Assembly (NCBI GenBank): GCA_963743915.1
Contig: CAVURN010000003.1
Coordinates: 224,001 to 288,000 of the forward strand
DNA from: an uncultured Actinomycetota bacterium
GTDB lineage: Bacteria; Actinomycetota; Actinomycetes; JAHEKZ01
Length of the DNA: 64,000 nt
Direction: 5' to 3'
Part shown: piece after piece, positions 1-8,536 of the stretch
Layout of the letters: each line of letters opens with the position of its first letter
How positions within the stretch are numbered: the first letter of the stretch is position 1
Translations under genes and position numbers: made by a program
The notes under the pieces: generated by a model
What the model was told of the DNA's origin: nothing
Database searches by the model: none
The model's input: only the letters and a program-made list of their open reading frames with translations

Positions 1-177
1 ACCTCGCAGGTGCCGCTGCGACGCCCCGGGGTCGCGGAGGAGATGGCAGTGTGTTGCCTGTTCCTGGCGTCGGACGAGTCACGCTACGTGACGGGAACAA
101 CCCTCGTCGCCGACGGCGGCGGGCTCGCGGTCGAGCTGACCTCGACCGAGTTCACCTTCGGGGGTCAGTCGACGTAG
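1..177 (+). CDS. SDR family oxidoreductase, C-terminal fragment (truncated by window edge)
   Basis: Frame 1 reads ...[37 protein letters not shown]...*, the typical SDR C-terminus; TAG at 175-177. Confidence 0.85.
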   Translation, partial: TSQVPLRRPGVAEEMAVCCLFLASDESRYVTGTTLVADGGGLAVELTSTEFTFGGQST

Positions 178-823
178 TGCGGTTCGCGACCGTGCATGCG
201 AACTCCCACAGCCCGCTGCGGCCCGTTTGGACGACCGTGTGGCCGTGCTTGCACAACACGTCGGCCATCGCGTCCGGTGAGTGGACAAAGGTTCGGAACC
301 GCCGGCGCCGCAGGGCGTATCCAGCGTTCTCGATCGACGTCTGGACCCGAGTCAGAAGGTTGCGGCGAGGGAAGCTGAAGACCACCATGCGTCGCGCGTG
401 ATCTGCAGCAGCACCCAGAAGCCCCTCGAAGTCGGGATAGCAGCACACCACGCGGTGGAGGAGCACGACGTCAGCGGGCGCGACCCCCTCAGGGTCGGTC
501 ACGATGTCTCCCAGGCGACGGCTGACCCGATCGCCCAGCTGCAGCTCCGCCAGCAGCTGCGCCGCCTCCGACTCATAGGAGCCGGACAGCTCGATGTTCG
601 TCGCCCGAGCCGCCCCACGCCGGAGCAGCTCGGTGTGGAACCCGCCCACACCACCGCCGATCTCCAAGATGCTCGCACCGTCGATGCCGTGCCCGACGAG
701 GAACTCGGCCATCTGCGCCGCGATGTCGTCCAACCCCGTCGAGCGCAGCTCGCTGGCCTTTCGCCGCGCGTAGCGTGCGGTGAACACCTTCTCGCAGTCG
801 CCGGGCCCACAACAGCTCGTCAT
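152..823 (-). CDS. class I SAM-dependent methyltransferase
   Basis: [10 protein letters not shown] motif [15 protein letters not shown] motif. Confidence 0.85.
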   Translation of the reverse strand: MTSCCGPGDCEKVFTARYARRKASELRSTGLDDIAAQMAEFLVGHGIDGASILEIGGGVGGFHTELLRRGAARATNIELSGSYESEAAQLLAELQLGDRVSRRLGDIVTDPEGVAPADVVLLHRVVCCYPDFEGLLGAAADHARRMVVFSFPRRNLLTRVQTSIENAGYALRRRRFRTFVHSPDAMADVLCKHGHTVVQTGRSGLWEFACTVANRTTSTDPRR

Positions 824-886
824 GCCTCAGTATCTGCCCGCCAGGGACGTTTGGTGGATGCACGGATAGTGCAGTAAAGTGCACTC

Positions 887-1495
887 ATGGACGACACCAG
901 CGCCGCTCTCGCGACCGCCATCGGCGGCCGGATCCGGAAGGAGCGAAAGTCTCGGGGCTGGACACTGGACCATCTCGCGGAGGCGTCAGGCGTCAGCAGA
1001 CGCCTGGTCGTCAGCGTGGAGCAGGGCGAGGCGAACCCCAGCGTGGCGACACTGCTCCGCATCAGTGACGCGTTGGGGGTCGGGCTTCCCGCGCTCGTCG
1101 AGCCTCCAGAGACGAGCACGAGCCTCCGGGTCACCCGACGCGGCGAGGGCGCGGCTCTGTGGGAGTCCGCCGCGGGCGGACGGGGTGTCCTGGTCGCTGG
1201 GACTGATCCGCCGGATGTGGTCGAGCTGTGGGACTGGACCCTGGGCCCTGGGGACGAGCACGCCAGCGAGCCGCACAGTGCTGGAACCCGGGAGCTGGCG
1301 CAGGTCCGGCAGGGAAAGGTCGTCATCACGGTGGCCGACCAGATGGTGACGCTCGTCGCCGGCGATGCCGTGGCGTTCTCGGGCGACGTGGAGCACGCGT
1401 ACCGCAACGACGGCAAGCGACCGGCGCGCTTCTCGCTCACCGTCTTCGAGCCCGGTGTCGGCCAAGGCACCAGGACCGGGAGCGCTCGTGGCTGA
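887..1495 (+). CDS. XRE-family HTH transcriptional regulator with cupin domain
   Basis: WTLDHLAEASGVSRRLVVSVEQGEANPS HTH; C-terminal cupin (EPH...E...F.GD..HAY.N). Confidence 0.92.
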   Translation: MDDTSAALATAIGGRIRKERKSRGWTLDHLAEASGVSRRLVVSVEQGEANPSVATLLRISDALGVGLPALVEPPETSTSLRVTRRGEGAALWESAAGGRGVLVAGTDPPDVVELWDWTLGPGDEHASEPHSAGTRELAQVRQGKVVITVADQMVTLVAGDAVAFSGDVEHAYRNDGKRPARFSLTVFEPGVGQGTRTGSARG

Positions 1496-2219
1496 TCGAC
1501 TCGAACAGGTCCTCGCGGGTGCCGAGGTCGACGCCGCGGTGTTCGCGCTCCGCCCGGACTACCGCGTCCTGCTGGTGGCGGTCAGCGGCCTGACGCCCGG
1601 TCCCCTCCACAGCCACGATGAGCTGGTCCGGGCGGCGGAGGCGTCCGCAGCCTCCGCGCTGCGTGATCGATCGGTCGAGGAGCTACCCCACGTCGCAGCG
1701 TGGCGTGAGGCCTACCGATCGTTCGGTGCCAAGCCGCAGCGCACGCGCAACAGCCTCGAGTCACTCCTCCGGCGAGCCGAGGCAGGACTGCCGCGGGTGA
1801 ATGCGCTCACCGACGTGTACAACGCTGTATCGGTCCTTCACCAGGTACCGGTGGGCGGTGAGGACCTCGACCGCTACGTGGGCGCGCCGCGCCTGGTGCG
1901 AGCCACTGGCGAGGAGTCCTTCGACACCACGGCGGCCGGCGTCGACGTGGTCGAGCATCCGGACAAGGGTGAGGTGGTGTGGTGCGACGACGCGGGGGCG
2001 ACCTGCCGGCGCTGGAACTGGCGCCAGGCGCGGCGCACCCAGCTGCGCGACGACACCGAAACCGCTCTGTTCATCCTCGACGCACTCGCACCGATACCCG
2101 ACGACGCGTTGAGGTTGGCCGCTGATGACCTGGTCGACCACCTGACGCGGTTCGGCACCGATGTCCGAACCGCCCGCCGCCTCATCGCGGCCGAGCCGAC
2201 GAGAGACGAAGGACGCTGA
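1488..2219 (+). CDS. stand-alone B3/B4 (PheRS-beta editing-like) domain protein
   Basis: AWREAYRSFGAKPQRTRNSLESLLRR, VNALTDVYNAVS, PVGGEDLD, CRRWNWRQ motifs; GTG at 1488 overlaps the regulator's 3' end. Confidence 0.88.
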   Translation: MADRLEQVLAGAEVDAAVFALRPDYRVLLVAVSGLTPGPLHSHDELVRAAEASAASALRDRSVEELPHVAAWREAYRSFGAKPQRTRNSLESLLRRAEAGLPRVNALTDVYNAVSVLHQVPVGGEDLDRYVGAPRLVRATGEESFDTTAAGVDVVEHPDKGEVVWCDDAGATCRRWNWRQARRTQLRDDTETALFILDALAPIPDDALRLAADDLVDHLTRFGTDVRTARRLIAAEPTRDEGR

Positions 2220-2220
2220 C

Positions 2221-2877
2221 ATGTTGATCCATCCCTGGGACGCTGCCCTCGACACCGCCGAGTGGCAGAACTGGCTCGCCTCAACCGATCGCTTCGGGAC
2301 ACTCGCGGTCAACAACGTCGATCCCACCCACGCGCCGATCGTCCTGCCCACCCACTTCACGGTCGCCGGTGACGAGCTGCTCGTCCACCTGGCGCGCCCC
2401 AACCCCGTGTGGCCCCACCTCGAGGCAGCGGCCGAGGTACGGATGACCGTGATCGGTGACTACGCATACATCCCGACCTACTGGCGGGCGAAGGCGGGAG
2501 GCCCGGACGAGGACGGCGTGCCGACCAGCTACTACTCCGCGGTGCAGTTCGTGTGCCGGCCCACGATCATCGACGACCCACAGGGGAAGGTCGACATCTT
2601 GTCCACACAGCTCGGTGACTTCCAGCCGGAAGGTGGCCACGCCGCCCTCGCCACCGACTCCCCGCCGTACGGCCGGATGCTCGCCGGCATCCGCGGCGTC
2701 CGACTCGCCGTCCTGCGCGTCGACGCCAAGTTCAAGTACGACGACGCCAACCCCGTCGACCACCGGGCACGTGTGATCGGGCACCTCGAGCAGCGCGACC
2801 ACGGTCTCGACACCGGGGCCGCTGCTCAGCAGCGACGGCGACTGGCGGCGATCGGCGACTGGCGCGCTCACAAGTAG
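2221..2877 (+). CDS. FMN-binding split-barrel protein (PaiB/'negative transcriptional regulator' family)
   Basis: HLARPNP, AYIPTYW, VPTSYYSAVQ, AKFK motifs. Confidence 0.85.
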   Translation: MLIHPWDAALDTAEWQNWLASTDRFGTLAVNNVDPTHAPIVLPTHFTVAGDELLVHLARPNPVWPHLEAAAEVRMTVIGDYAYIPTYWRAKAGGPDEDGVPTSYYSAVQFVCRPTIIDDPQGKVDILSTQLGDFQPEGGHAALATDSPPYGRMLAGIRGVRLAVLRVDAKFKYDDANPVDHRARVIGHLEQRDHGLDTGAAAQQRRRLAAIGDWRAHK

Positions 2878-2906
2878 GGACCTGGGACTGGCGGTCGCCG
2901 TGACAG

Positions 2907-3557
2907 CTATCCCGTGGTCAGCGGCTGGCTGAAGGCCACCACCATGCCCGCGACCACGATCACGCCGGCCATGCCCAGGAGCGAAGCCCGTGCACCGCTG
3001 ACCGTGAATCGGTCAGAGATCGCCGCGAAGAACAGCGCCGAGGCGAACAGCACGGTCGACAGGGTGTAGGTGTCGGAGTACCCGTTGGCCTCCTCCCCGG
3101 ACGCGTGAACTGCGTCCGCCTGCGCCGTCAGGGCGTCCGCCTCCTGGGCCGCGGCCAGCTCGTAGGACGAGAGCTCGAAGGGGCTGGCCGGCGCATCCTT
3201 GTTCGTCAGCGGCTCCAGAGCCATCCACTCGTCGAAGGCCGGGCGAGCCTCCTCTCGGACCCGCTCCAGATAGAAGTCCGCCAGCTCATCGTTACCCGTG
3301 GTCGCCGCCTGCAGGTATCCCTCGAGGACACTGAGGTCCGCAAGTCGTAGCGCGTAGGCTTCGTCGTTCTTCTCCGCCGCGTCGACGCGCAGCCCCGACG
3401 ACTGGGTGTAGTTGCTGGACTGGATTCCGTCCCAGAGCGAAGCCTGGTAGCTGCTCCAGGCGGTGGCGAGGGCCGCGACGGCGAGCACCAGGGTGGCGAT
3501 GATCTCGAAGCGCCGTTCACGGCGATCGGCGGATTCCCCGTGGACGTCAGGCGGCAT
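2907..3557 (-). CDS. membrane protein (DUF4337-like)
   Basis: N-terminal TM (IIATLVLAVAALATAWSSYQAS), two C-terminal TMs, GC3-biased codons, coupled to the upstream VOC gene. Confidence 0.7.
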   Translation of the reverse strand: MPPDVHGESADRRERRFEIIATLVLAVAALATAWSSYQASLWDGIQSSNYTQSSGLRVDAAEKNDEAYALRLADLSVLEGYLQAATTGNDELADFYLERVREEARPAFDEWMALEPLTNKDAPASPFELSSYELAAAQEADALTAQADAVHASGEEANGYSDTYTLSTVLFASALFFAAISDRFTVSGARASLLGMAGVIVVAGMVVAFSQPLTTG

Positions 3558-3942
3558 CGGGGTCCGGCTGGTGGATGCCGAAGGTGTTGCCCTCGGTGTC
3601 GATGTAGTAGCCCTGCCACGCCATCCCGGTCAGCGCCATCTTGGGCAGCGCCACCTGCCCTCCGGCGTCCAGGATGCGACGCTCCGTGGCGTCGTAGTCG
3701 TCGACCTCCATCGTGCAGACGTACGCATTGGTTCCGTGGCCCAGCGCCGGTGTTGCGGCCGGACGTGGAAGGAGGCCGCCATTGATGCCCGGGACGTCCT
3801 CGGGGCCGGTGATGACGCCCCAGTACGGAGTGCCGGTGAACTGCCCGTAGTCCTCGAAGGACCATCCGAAAGCTGACGCGTAGAACGCCATCGCGCGCTC
3901 GACGTCGTCCGCCTGGATCTCGAAGTGCACGACTCGTCCCAT
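3547..3942 (-). CDS. VOC/glyoxalase family protein
   Basis: MGRVVHFEI.ADD..RA..FY...FGW; DTEGNTFG; SD AGGAGG upstream. Confidence 0.9.
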   Translation of the reverse strand: MGRVVHFEIQADDVERAMAFYASAFGWSFEDYGQFTGTPYWGVITGPEDVPGINGGLLPRPAATPALGHGTNAYVCTMEVDDYDATERRILDAGGQVALPKMALTGMAWQGYYIDTEGNTFGIHQPDPDAA

Positions 3943-3998
3943 GTTGACCTCCTGTCTCGGTCCCCATTCTTGCCCTGGCTCCAACCGTCGTCAGGCTC

Positions 3999-4530
3999 CT
4001 AAGCAGGCACGTAGGTCAACCTGACCACGTCGTCTCCGACCGGGTCAGCACTCACCAGCCGCAGCGGTGGCGGCGGCGCCTCGAAGTAGCGCTTGCCGTG
4101 CCCAACCACCACGGGGTGCAGGTACACCCGGTACTCATCGATCAGGCCGAGCTCGGTGAGGCCTCGAGCCAGTTGCGGACCGGCAACCTCGATCTCCCCT
4201 ACCCGATCAGCCTTGAGCCGTCGGATCGCACCTTCGAGGTCACGCCTCGACAAGGGTGGCGTTTGGTCCTACGGACTCCAACGTGCTCGAGACGACCCAC
4301 TTCGGCTGACTCCGCCATGCCGTGGCGAAGGCGCGTTCGTCGTCATCCCATTCCGGGTGCTCTTCGTCCCAGTAGCGCATGACCTCATACATGCGGCGCC
4401 CGTACACACTGCCCGTCTGCGCCCGGGCTTCCTCGATGAAGTGGCGGAAGAGCGTCGGACCCGGCCCGAACTCCGTGTGATCGACGTAGCCGTCCAAGGA
4501 CTGGTTCATTCCGAACACCAACCTCGCCAT
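3999..4530 (-). CDS. dihydrofolate reductase/RibD C-terminal family protein (one +1 frameshift near 4243)
   Basis: MNQSLDGY, GRRMYE, PKWVVSSTL in one frame; LIDEYRVYLHPVVVGHG in another; removing one base restores VEGDLEG. Confidence 0.8.
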
Positions 4531-4647
4531 GGCGCGTCCTGTCTCCTCAGCCTCCGGTAGCTTCACCAGCCTGACACGAGCGCACCTTGCGAGGGAGGAT
4601 GCAAGCCGGTTGGATTCGTGGTTCACCCGGCGACGAAGGGACCCCTC

Positions 4648-5358
4648 ATGTCCACGTTCGTCATCGTTCCCGGAGCGTGGGACACGCCCTCGACCATGGA
4701 GCCGCTGCTCGAACCGTTGGGATCGGCTGGTCACGACGTGATCGTCGTGGATCTGCCGTGCGAGGTCGCTGACGCAACCTTGGACGAGTACGCGGATACC
4801 GTCCGCGCCGTGCTGCCTGCTGACCTGGCTGACGTCGTGCTGGTCGGCTACTCGTTCGGAGGCTTCACCGCGTCCAGGATCGCCCTGGAGCACCCCGAGG
4901 TGCCGTTGGTGTACGTGGCAGCGTGGATCCCGAGAGATGGTGCCTCGGTACTCGACCTCTTCGCCGGCGGCGACCCGTTCGAGGTGGGCGAGGACGCAGG
5001 GTTCGCCGCCTTCGACGGCGTGGTCCTGAGCGCCGGCCCTGGTCTGTGCGCCCTGAACATCGAACGGTACGTAGCCGCGGCCGATCCGGATGAGCGGGAC
5101 TCGGTGCGAACCTACCTGGAGCGGACGCAACGTCCACAGGGCATCACGGTGCTGCGCGAGAAGTGGCGAGGCGGTCTGCCGGCTTCACACCGCCGCACCT
5201 ACATCCTGACGACGGCCGACACGCTGGTGCCGCCAGACGCTCAACGGGTGATGTCGGCGTCCGTGGGCGCGGACGTCGTCGAGATCGACACCGATCACGG
5301 ACCCTTCCGGGAGCAGCCCGGGCGCCTCGCGGAACTCTTGATCGCCGCCTCCCACTGA
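4648..5358 (+). CDS. alpha/beta hydrolase
   Basis: VPGAW oxyanion motif, GYSFG nucleophile elbow, DHGPF catalytic His. Confidence 0.88.
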   Translation: MSTFVIVPGAWDTPSTMEPLLEPLGSAGHDVIVVDLPCEVADATLDEYADTVRAVLPADLADVVLVGYSFGGFTASRIALEHPEVPLVYVAAWIPRDGASVLDLFAGGDPFEVGEDAGFAAFDGVVLSAGPGLCALNIERYVAAADPDERDSVRTYLERTQRPQGITVLREKWRGGLPASHRRTYILTTADTLVPPDAQRVMSASVGADVVEIDTDHGPFREQPGRLAELLIAASH

Positions 5359-5368
5359 CGGCAGCGGT

Positions 5369-5403
5369 ACGCCCGAGGATTCGGACCCCTGCTCTTCGGA
5401 CCG
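5369..5403 (-). repeat. degenerate copy of the tRNA-Arg 3' half (possible old att site)
   Basis: cgcccgaggattcggacccct...cttcgga-ccg resembles cgcccgaagggattcgaacccct...cttctgatccg at about 7129-7165. Confidence 0.55.
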
Positions 5404-5460
5404 CGAGAAGCAGTCCTTGCGGGTAAGTCGCCGCGGGAAGGGCTCCCGCTAGGCCTAGTT

Positions 5461-5723
5461 CTAACCCAACCAAAGGAACAGAAAGACACCTATCACCAGC
5501 GCTGCGACACCGTATGCGATGTAGAGCGCGCGCGCAGATGGGGCGTCATCGCCTATACGCTGCCAACCGCGAAGACTCTTGCTCGTGATCGGACCCATCC
5601 CCTGAAACACGTGCTTCCCCGTTCTTCGGTGGTGCTTCCCACCAAAGAGTAGGCGGGGGAATCCATCCGTGGGCGAGTTAGGCGGCACTGCGACAGCGGC
5701 AGGCGCGCCAGTTCCGTGGCTGA
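5461..5723 (-). pseudogene. lower-GC remnant encoding a short membrane-anchored peptide
   Basis: C-terminal hydrophobic stretch ALYIAYGVAALVIGVFLFLWLG*; the called ORF start lies inside the IS end, so the true start is unclear. Confidence 0.3.
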
Positions 5724-5738
5724 AACTGCTGGCGCGCC

Positions 5739-7117
5739 TGTTCGGCTTCGGTTGATGGGTGACAGTTGTGTTTCGGGTGATGGTTGACACTCCCGATGTC
5801 AGGTTAGTGCTCGTTCTTGCGGATGGAGGCGCGTTTCTTCCTCACCTCCCCGGTGCTGGTTCGGGTGACGGTCTTGCAGAGTTCGCTGCCGATCCAGAAC
5901 TGCAGGATGCTGTCGGTGACCAAGACGTCGCAGTTGGCTCCGGCGTGGTGTTTGCCGACCGAGACCTGTTGCCAGGCGACACTGACCACTCCGTTGGAGG
6001 TGACCCGGCGGGCTACCCAGTTGTCGCCGGTGCGGTCCGGGGTCAGCGCACCAAGGTCAGCTGAGGCCGGTGCGGCATCGGCTCGGGCCGGCCGTTGGCT
6101 ACTGGTTGCGGTGAACCGGTCAGCCGGTGTCTGCATCTGCAGCGACTGATGTGGGCGTTGGGTGTTGTAGTACTGCACCCACTCGTCCAGGGCCTGTTGG
6201 GCGACCTTCAGCGACGAGAACACCTGGCGAGTGTCGAACTCCGCCCGCAGGCTTCGGTGGAATCGTTCGATCTTGCCCGTCGTGGTGGGTGACCGCGGTT
6301 GGGTCAGCAGATGCTCGATCCCGTTCTCACGGCAGATCCGGTCGAACAGGACCTCGGTCGGTGGGTGACCGAAGCGCCCGGTGAAGACCTTGCCGTTGTC
6401 GGTCAGGATCTGCGTCGGAACCCCATATGCAGCCAGCGCATCGGCCAGTCCCTCACAGACCGGGCGGGTCCTTTCGCGCACCATCAACCGTGCGGACACG
6501 CAGAACCGGGAGTGGTCATCAACCCCGGTCAACGCCTTGGCCCGGGAGCCGTCAGCCAGCAAGAACCCGCCCACCACATCCATCTGCCACAACTCCATCG
6601 GCTGGCCCCGCTCCCACCGCTTCCATCGCCTGTCTCGACGCTGCCGACGATCCGCCTCGATCAAGCCCGCCCGCAGCAGCGCCCGATACACCCCCGACTC
6701 ACTCGGCACAGAGTCCACCCGCCGCTTTGCCAGCTCGAACACGATCCGACGTGGACCCCAGTACCGGTGCACCCGCCGCAACTCCAGAACCAGCGCCTCG
6801 ACCTCCGCCGGCATCTGATGCGGACACCACACCGGCCGATGAGACCGGTCAGCCAACCCCTCCAGACCGTCGACCTCATACCGGCTCAACCACGTGTGGA
6901 GGGTCTGCCGCGAGACCCCCAGTCCCGCCGCCACATCCTTGACCGTCCGACCCTCAGACAAGACCGCCAAGACCGCTTGATACCGCTGCTCAACCACGCT
7001 GATCTCCCTCATACAAGGGAGTGTCAAGAATCAACCGAAACAACTGTCAAGGATCAGCCGAAACACCGTAAAGCCTCAACCGAAGCAGAAATGTCAGGTA
7101 TCAGCCGAAGTCATACA
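5739..7117 (-). mobile_element. IS481-family insertion sequence (1379 bp)
   Basis: TGT...ACA ends with imperfect IR (tgttcggcttcggttgat vs tgtatgacttcggctgat); 15-bp direct repeat aactgctggcgcgcc at 5724-5738 and 7118-7132. Confidence 0.92.
5804..7012 (-). CDS. IS481-family DDE transposase
   Basis: N-terminal HTH (GVSRQTLHTWLSRY), WQMD, TDNG, GKIERFHRSL catalytic residues, YNTQRPHQSL; uninterrupted. Confidence 0.95.
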   Translation of the reverse strand: MREISVVEQRYQAVLAVLSEGRTVKDVAAGLGVSRQTLHTWLSRYEVDGLEGLADRSHRPVWCPHQMPAEVEALVLELRRVHRYWGPRRIVFELAKRRVDSVPSESGVYRALLRAGLIEADRRQRRDRRWKRWERGQPMELWQMDVVGGFLLADGSRAKALTGVDDHSRFCVSARLMVRERTRPVCEGLADALAAYGVPTQILTDNGKVFTGRFGHPPTEVLFDRICRENGIEHLLTQPRSPTTTGKIERFHRSLRAEFDTRQVFSSLKVAQQALDEWVQYYNTQRPHQSLQMQTPADRFTATSSQRPARADAAPASADLGALTPDRTGDNWVARRVTSNGVVSVAWQQVSVGKHHAGANCDVLVTDSILQFWIGSELCKTVTRTSTGEVRKKRASIRKNEH

Positions 7118-7123
7118 AACTGC

Positions 7124-7199
7124 TGGCGCGCCCGAAGGGATTCGAACCCCTAACCTTCTGATCCGTAGTCAGATGCTCTATCCGTTGAGCTACGGGCGC
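7124..7199 (-). tRNA. tRNA-Arg(ACG)
   Basis: GCGCCCGTAGCTCAACGGATAGAGCATCTGACTACGGATCAGAAGGTTAGGGGTTCGAATCCCTTCGGGCGCGCCA; 76 nt, CCA encoded. Confidence 0.98.
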
Positions 7200-7271
7200 T
7201 TAGGCCCCGGAGGGCCAGGCAGACACCTTACCGAGGCGTCGCATCGAACTCGAAACCCGCCTCGACCCGTC

Positions 7272-7326
7272 GATCTTGAGCGCGGGGGCCGACGCGCCGG
7301 GCGTGTCTGCCCCCGCGCTCAAGATC
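7272..7326. repeat. long palindrome/hairpin between the two tRNAs
   Basis: gatcttgagcgcgggggc ... gcccccgcgctcaagatc, a perfect 18-bp stem with a further inner stem. Confidence 0.75.
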
Positions 7327-7347
7327 AAGCACCGAGCGGTGAAGGGG

Positions 7348-7438
7348 CGGAGGCGGAGGGATTTGAACCCTCGACGGGCTTTAAGACCCGAACCCGCTTA
7401 GCAGGCGGGCGCCATAGACCGGACTAGGCGACGCCTCC
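7348..7438 (-). tRNA. tRNA-Ser(GCT)
   Basis: GGAGGCGTCGCCTAGTCCGG...CCCGC CT GCT AA GCGGG, long variable arm, GGTTCAAATCC T-arm. Confidence 0.97.
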
Positions 7439-7530
7439 CCACGGCCTCGCGACCGCCCGGTCAGGGTACCGGCCGGCCACGCCGGGCGGCAAAGCACCTC
7501 GGGAGGTGCCGGACGCCCTACCGTGAGCGA

Positions 7531-8532
7531 ATGGTCGACGTCTGGGAGGTGCGCGGACAGTCTCTGCAGCACCACGCCGTCGATGTCGACCACGCGGCCA
7601 CCATGGCGTCCGACACCACGACCACCACCTGGATCGAGGTGAGCGCGCAGGACTTCGAGCGGCTCGGCCCGATGCTCGACATCCACCCGCGCGCCATCGA
7701 GGACGCCCTTCGCCACGCGGACGGGACCAGTGCCATGGCCGAGCGCACCAAGCTCGAGCGCTTCCCCCACTGCGAGCTGGTCTACCTCTTCCGGGCCGCA
7801 GTGGACGCCGCCCACGAGCTCGAGCTCCACGAGGCGCCGATCATCATCCTGCACGGCTCGGTGATCGCGGTTCAGCACGAGCGGCCGCACGACCCCGCCG
7901 ATCTCATCGGGCGATGGGAGCAGAGTCCTCAGCTCCTCGAGCAGGGCGTCCCCGCGCTGCTCTACGGATTCCTCGACCTCATCGTCGACTCGCACCTCGA
8001 TGCCGTTGATGCGCTCTCCGACGCGGTGGACGAGATGGAGGACGACCTCTTCGACGAGACGGCACCCCGCGACCAGGACCCGCGCATCGCCCAGAAGCGC
8101 AGCTTCGTGACGCGCAAGTCGCTCGTGCGCCTTCGTCGGGTCACCCAGCCGATGCGCGAGCTCATCAGTGCGTTGATGCGGCACGAGGAAGGCGACCGGG
8201 TCGCGGTCGACGTCACGCTGCAGCCCTACTACCAGGACGTCTACGACCACGTGCTGCGGGTCAACGACACCATCGAAGGACTGCGCGACCTCATCACGTC
8301 GATCTACGAGACGCGTCTCGCGCTCAACGACCACTCCCTCAACACGGTCACCCGCCAGCTCGCCGCTTGGGCTGCGATCATCGCCGTGCCCACGGCCGTC
8401 ACGGGCTTCTACGGACAGAACATCCCGTACCCGGGTTTCGCCCAGCACAGCGGCTTCTGGACGAGCACCGTGATCTGGGTCGGCGTCTCCGTGCTGCTCT
8501 ACGTCATGTTCAAGCGACGCCGCTGGCTCTGA
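7531..8532 (+). CDS. corA: CorA-family Mg/Co transporter
   Basis: YYQDVYDHVLR, PTAVTGFYGQN (GMN variant GQN), two C-terminal TMs. Confidence 0.9.
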   Translation: MVDVWEVRGQSLQHHAVDVDHAATMASDTTTTTWIEVSAQDFERLGPMLDIHPRAIEDALRHADGTSAMAERTKLERFPHCELVYLFRAAVDAAHELELHEAPIIILHGSVIAVQHERPHDPADLIGRWEQSPQLLEQGVPALLYGFLDLIVDSHLDAVDALSDAVDEMEDDLFDETAPRDQDPRIAQKRSFVTRKSLVRLRRVTQPMRELISALMRHEEGDRVAVDVTLQPYYQDVYDHVLRVNDTIEGLRDLITSIYETRLALNDHSLNTVTRQLAAWAAIIAVPTAVTGFYGQNIPYPGFAQHSGFWTSTVIWVGVSVLLYVMFKRRRWL

Positions 8533-8536
8533 CGTC

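Noticed and set aside
5461-5790. 109-aa ORF as an IS passenger gene
   Set aside because: Its start lies within the IS terminal repeats and most of it lies outside the target duplication, so it is a chimeric call.
7022-7111. Regularly spaced about 20-bp repeats resembling a mini CRISPR
   Set aside because: Spacers are only 2-5 bp, the repeats lie inside the IS end and recur inverted at the other end, and there are no cas genes.
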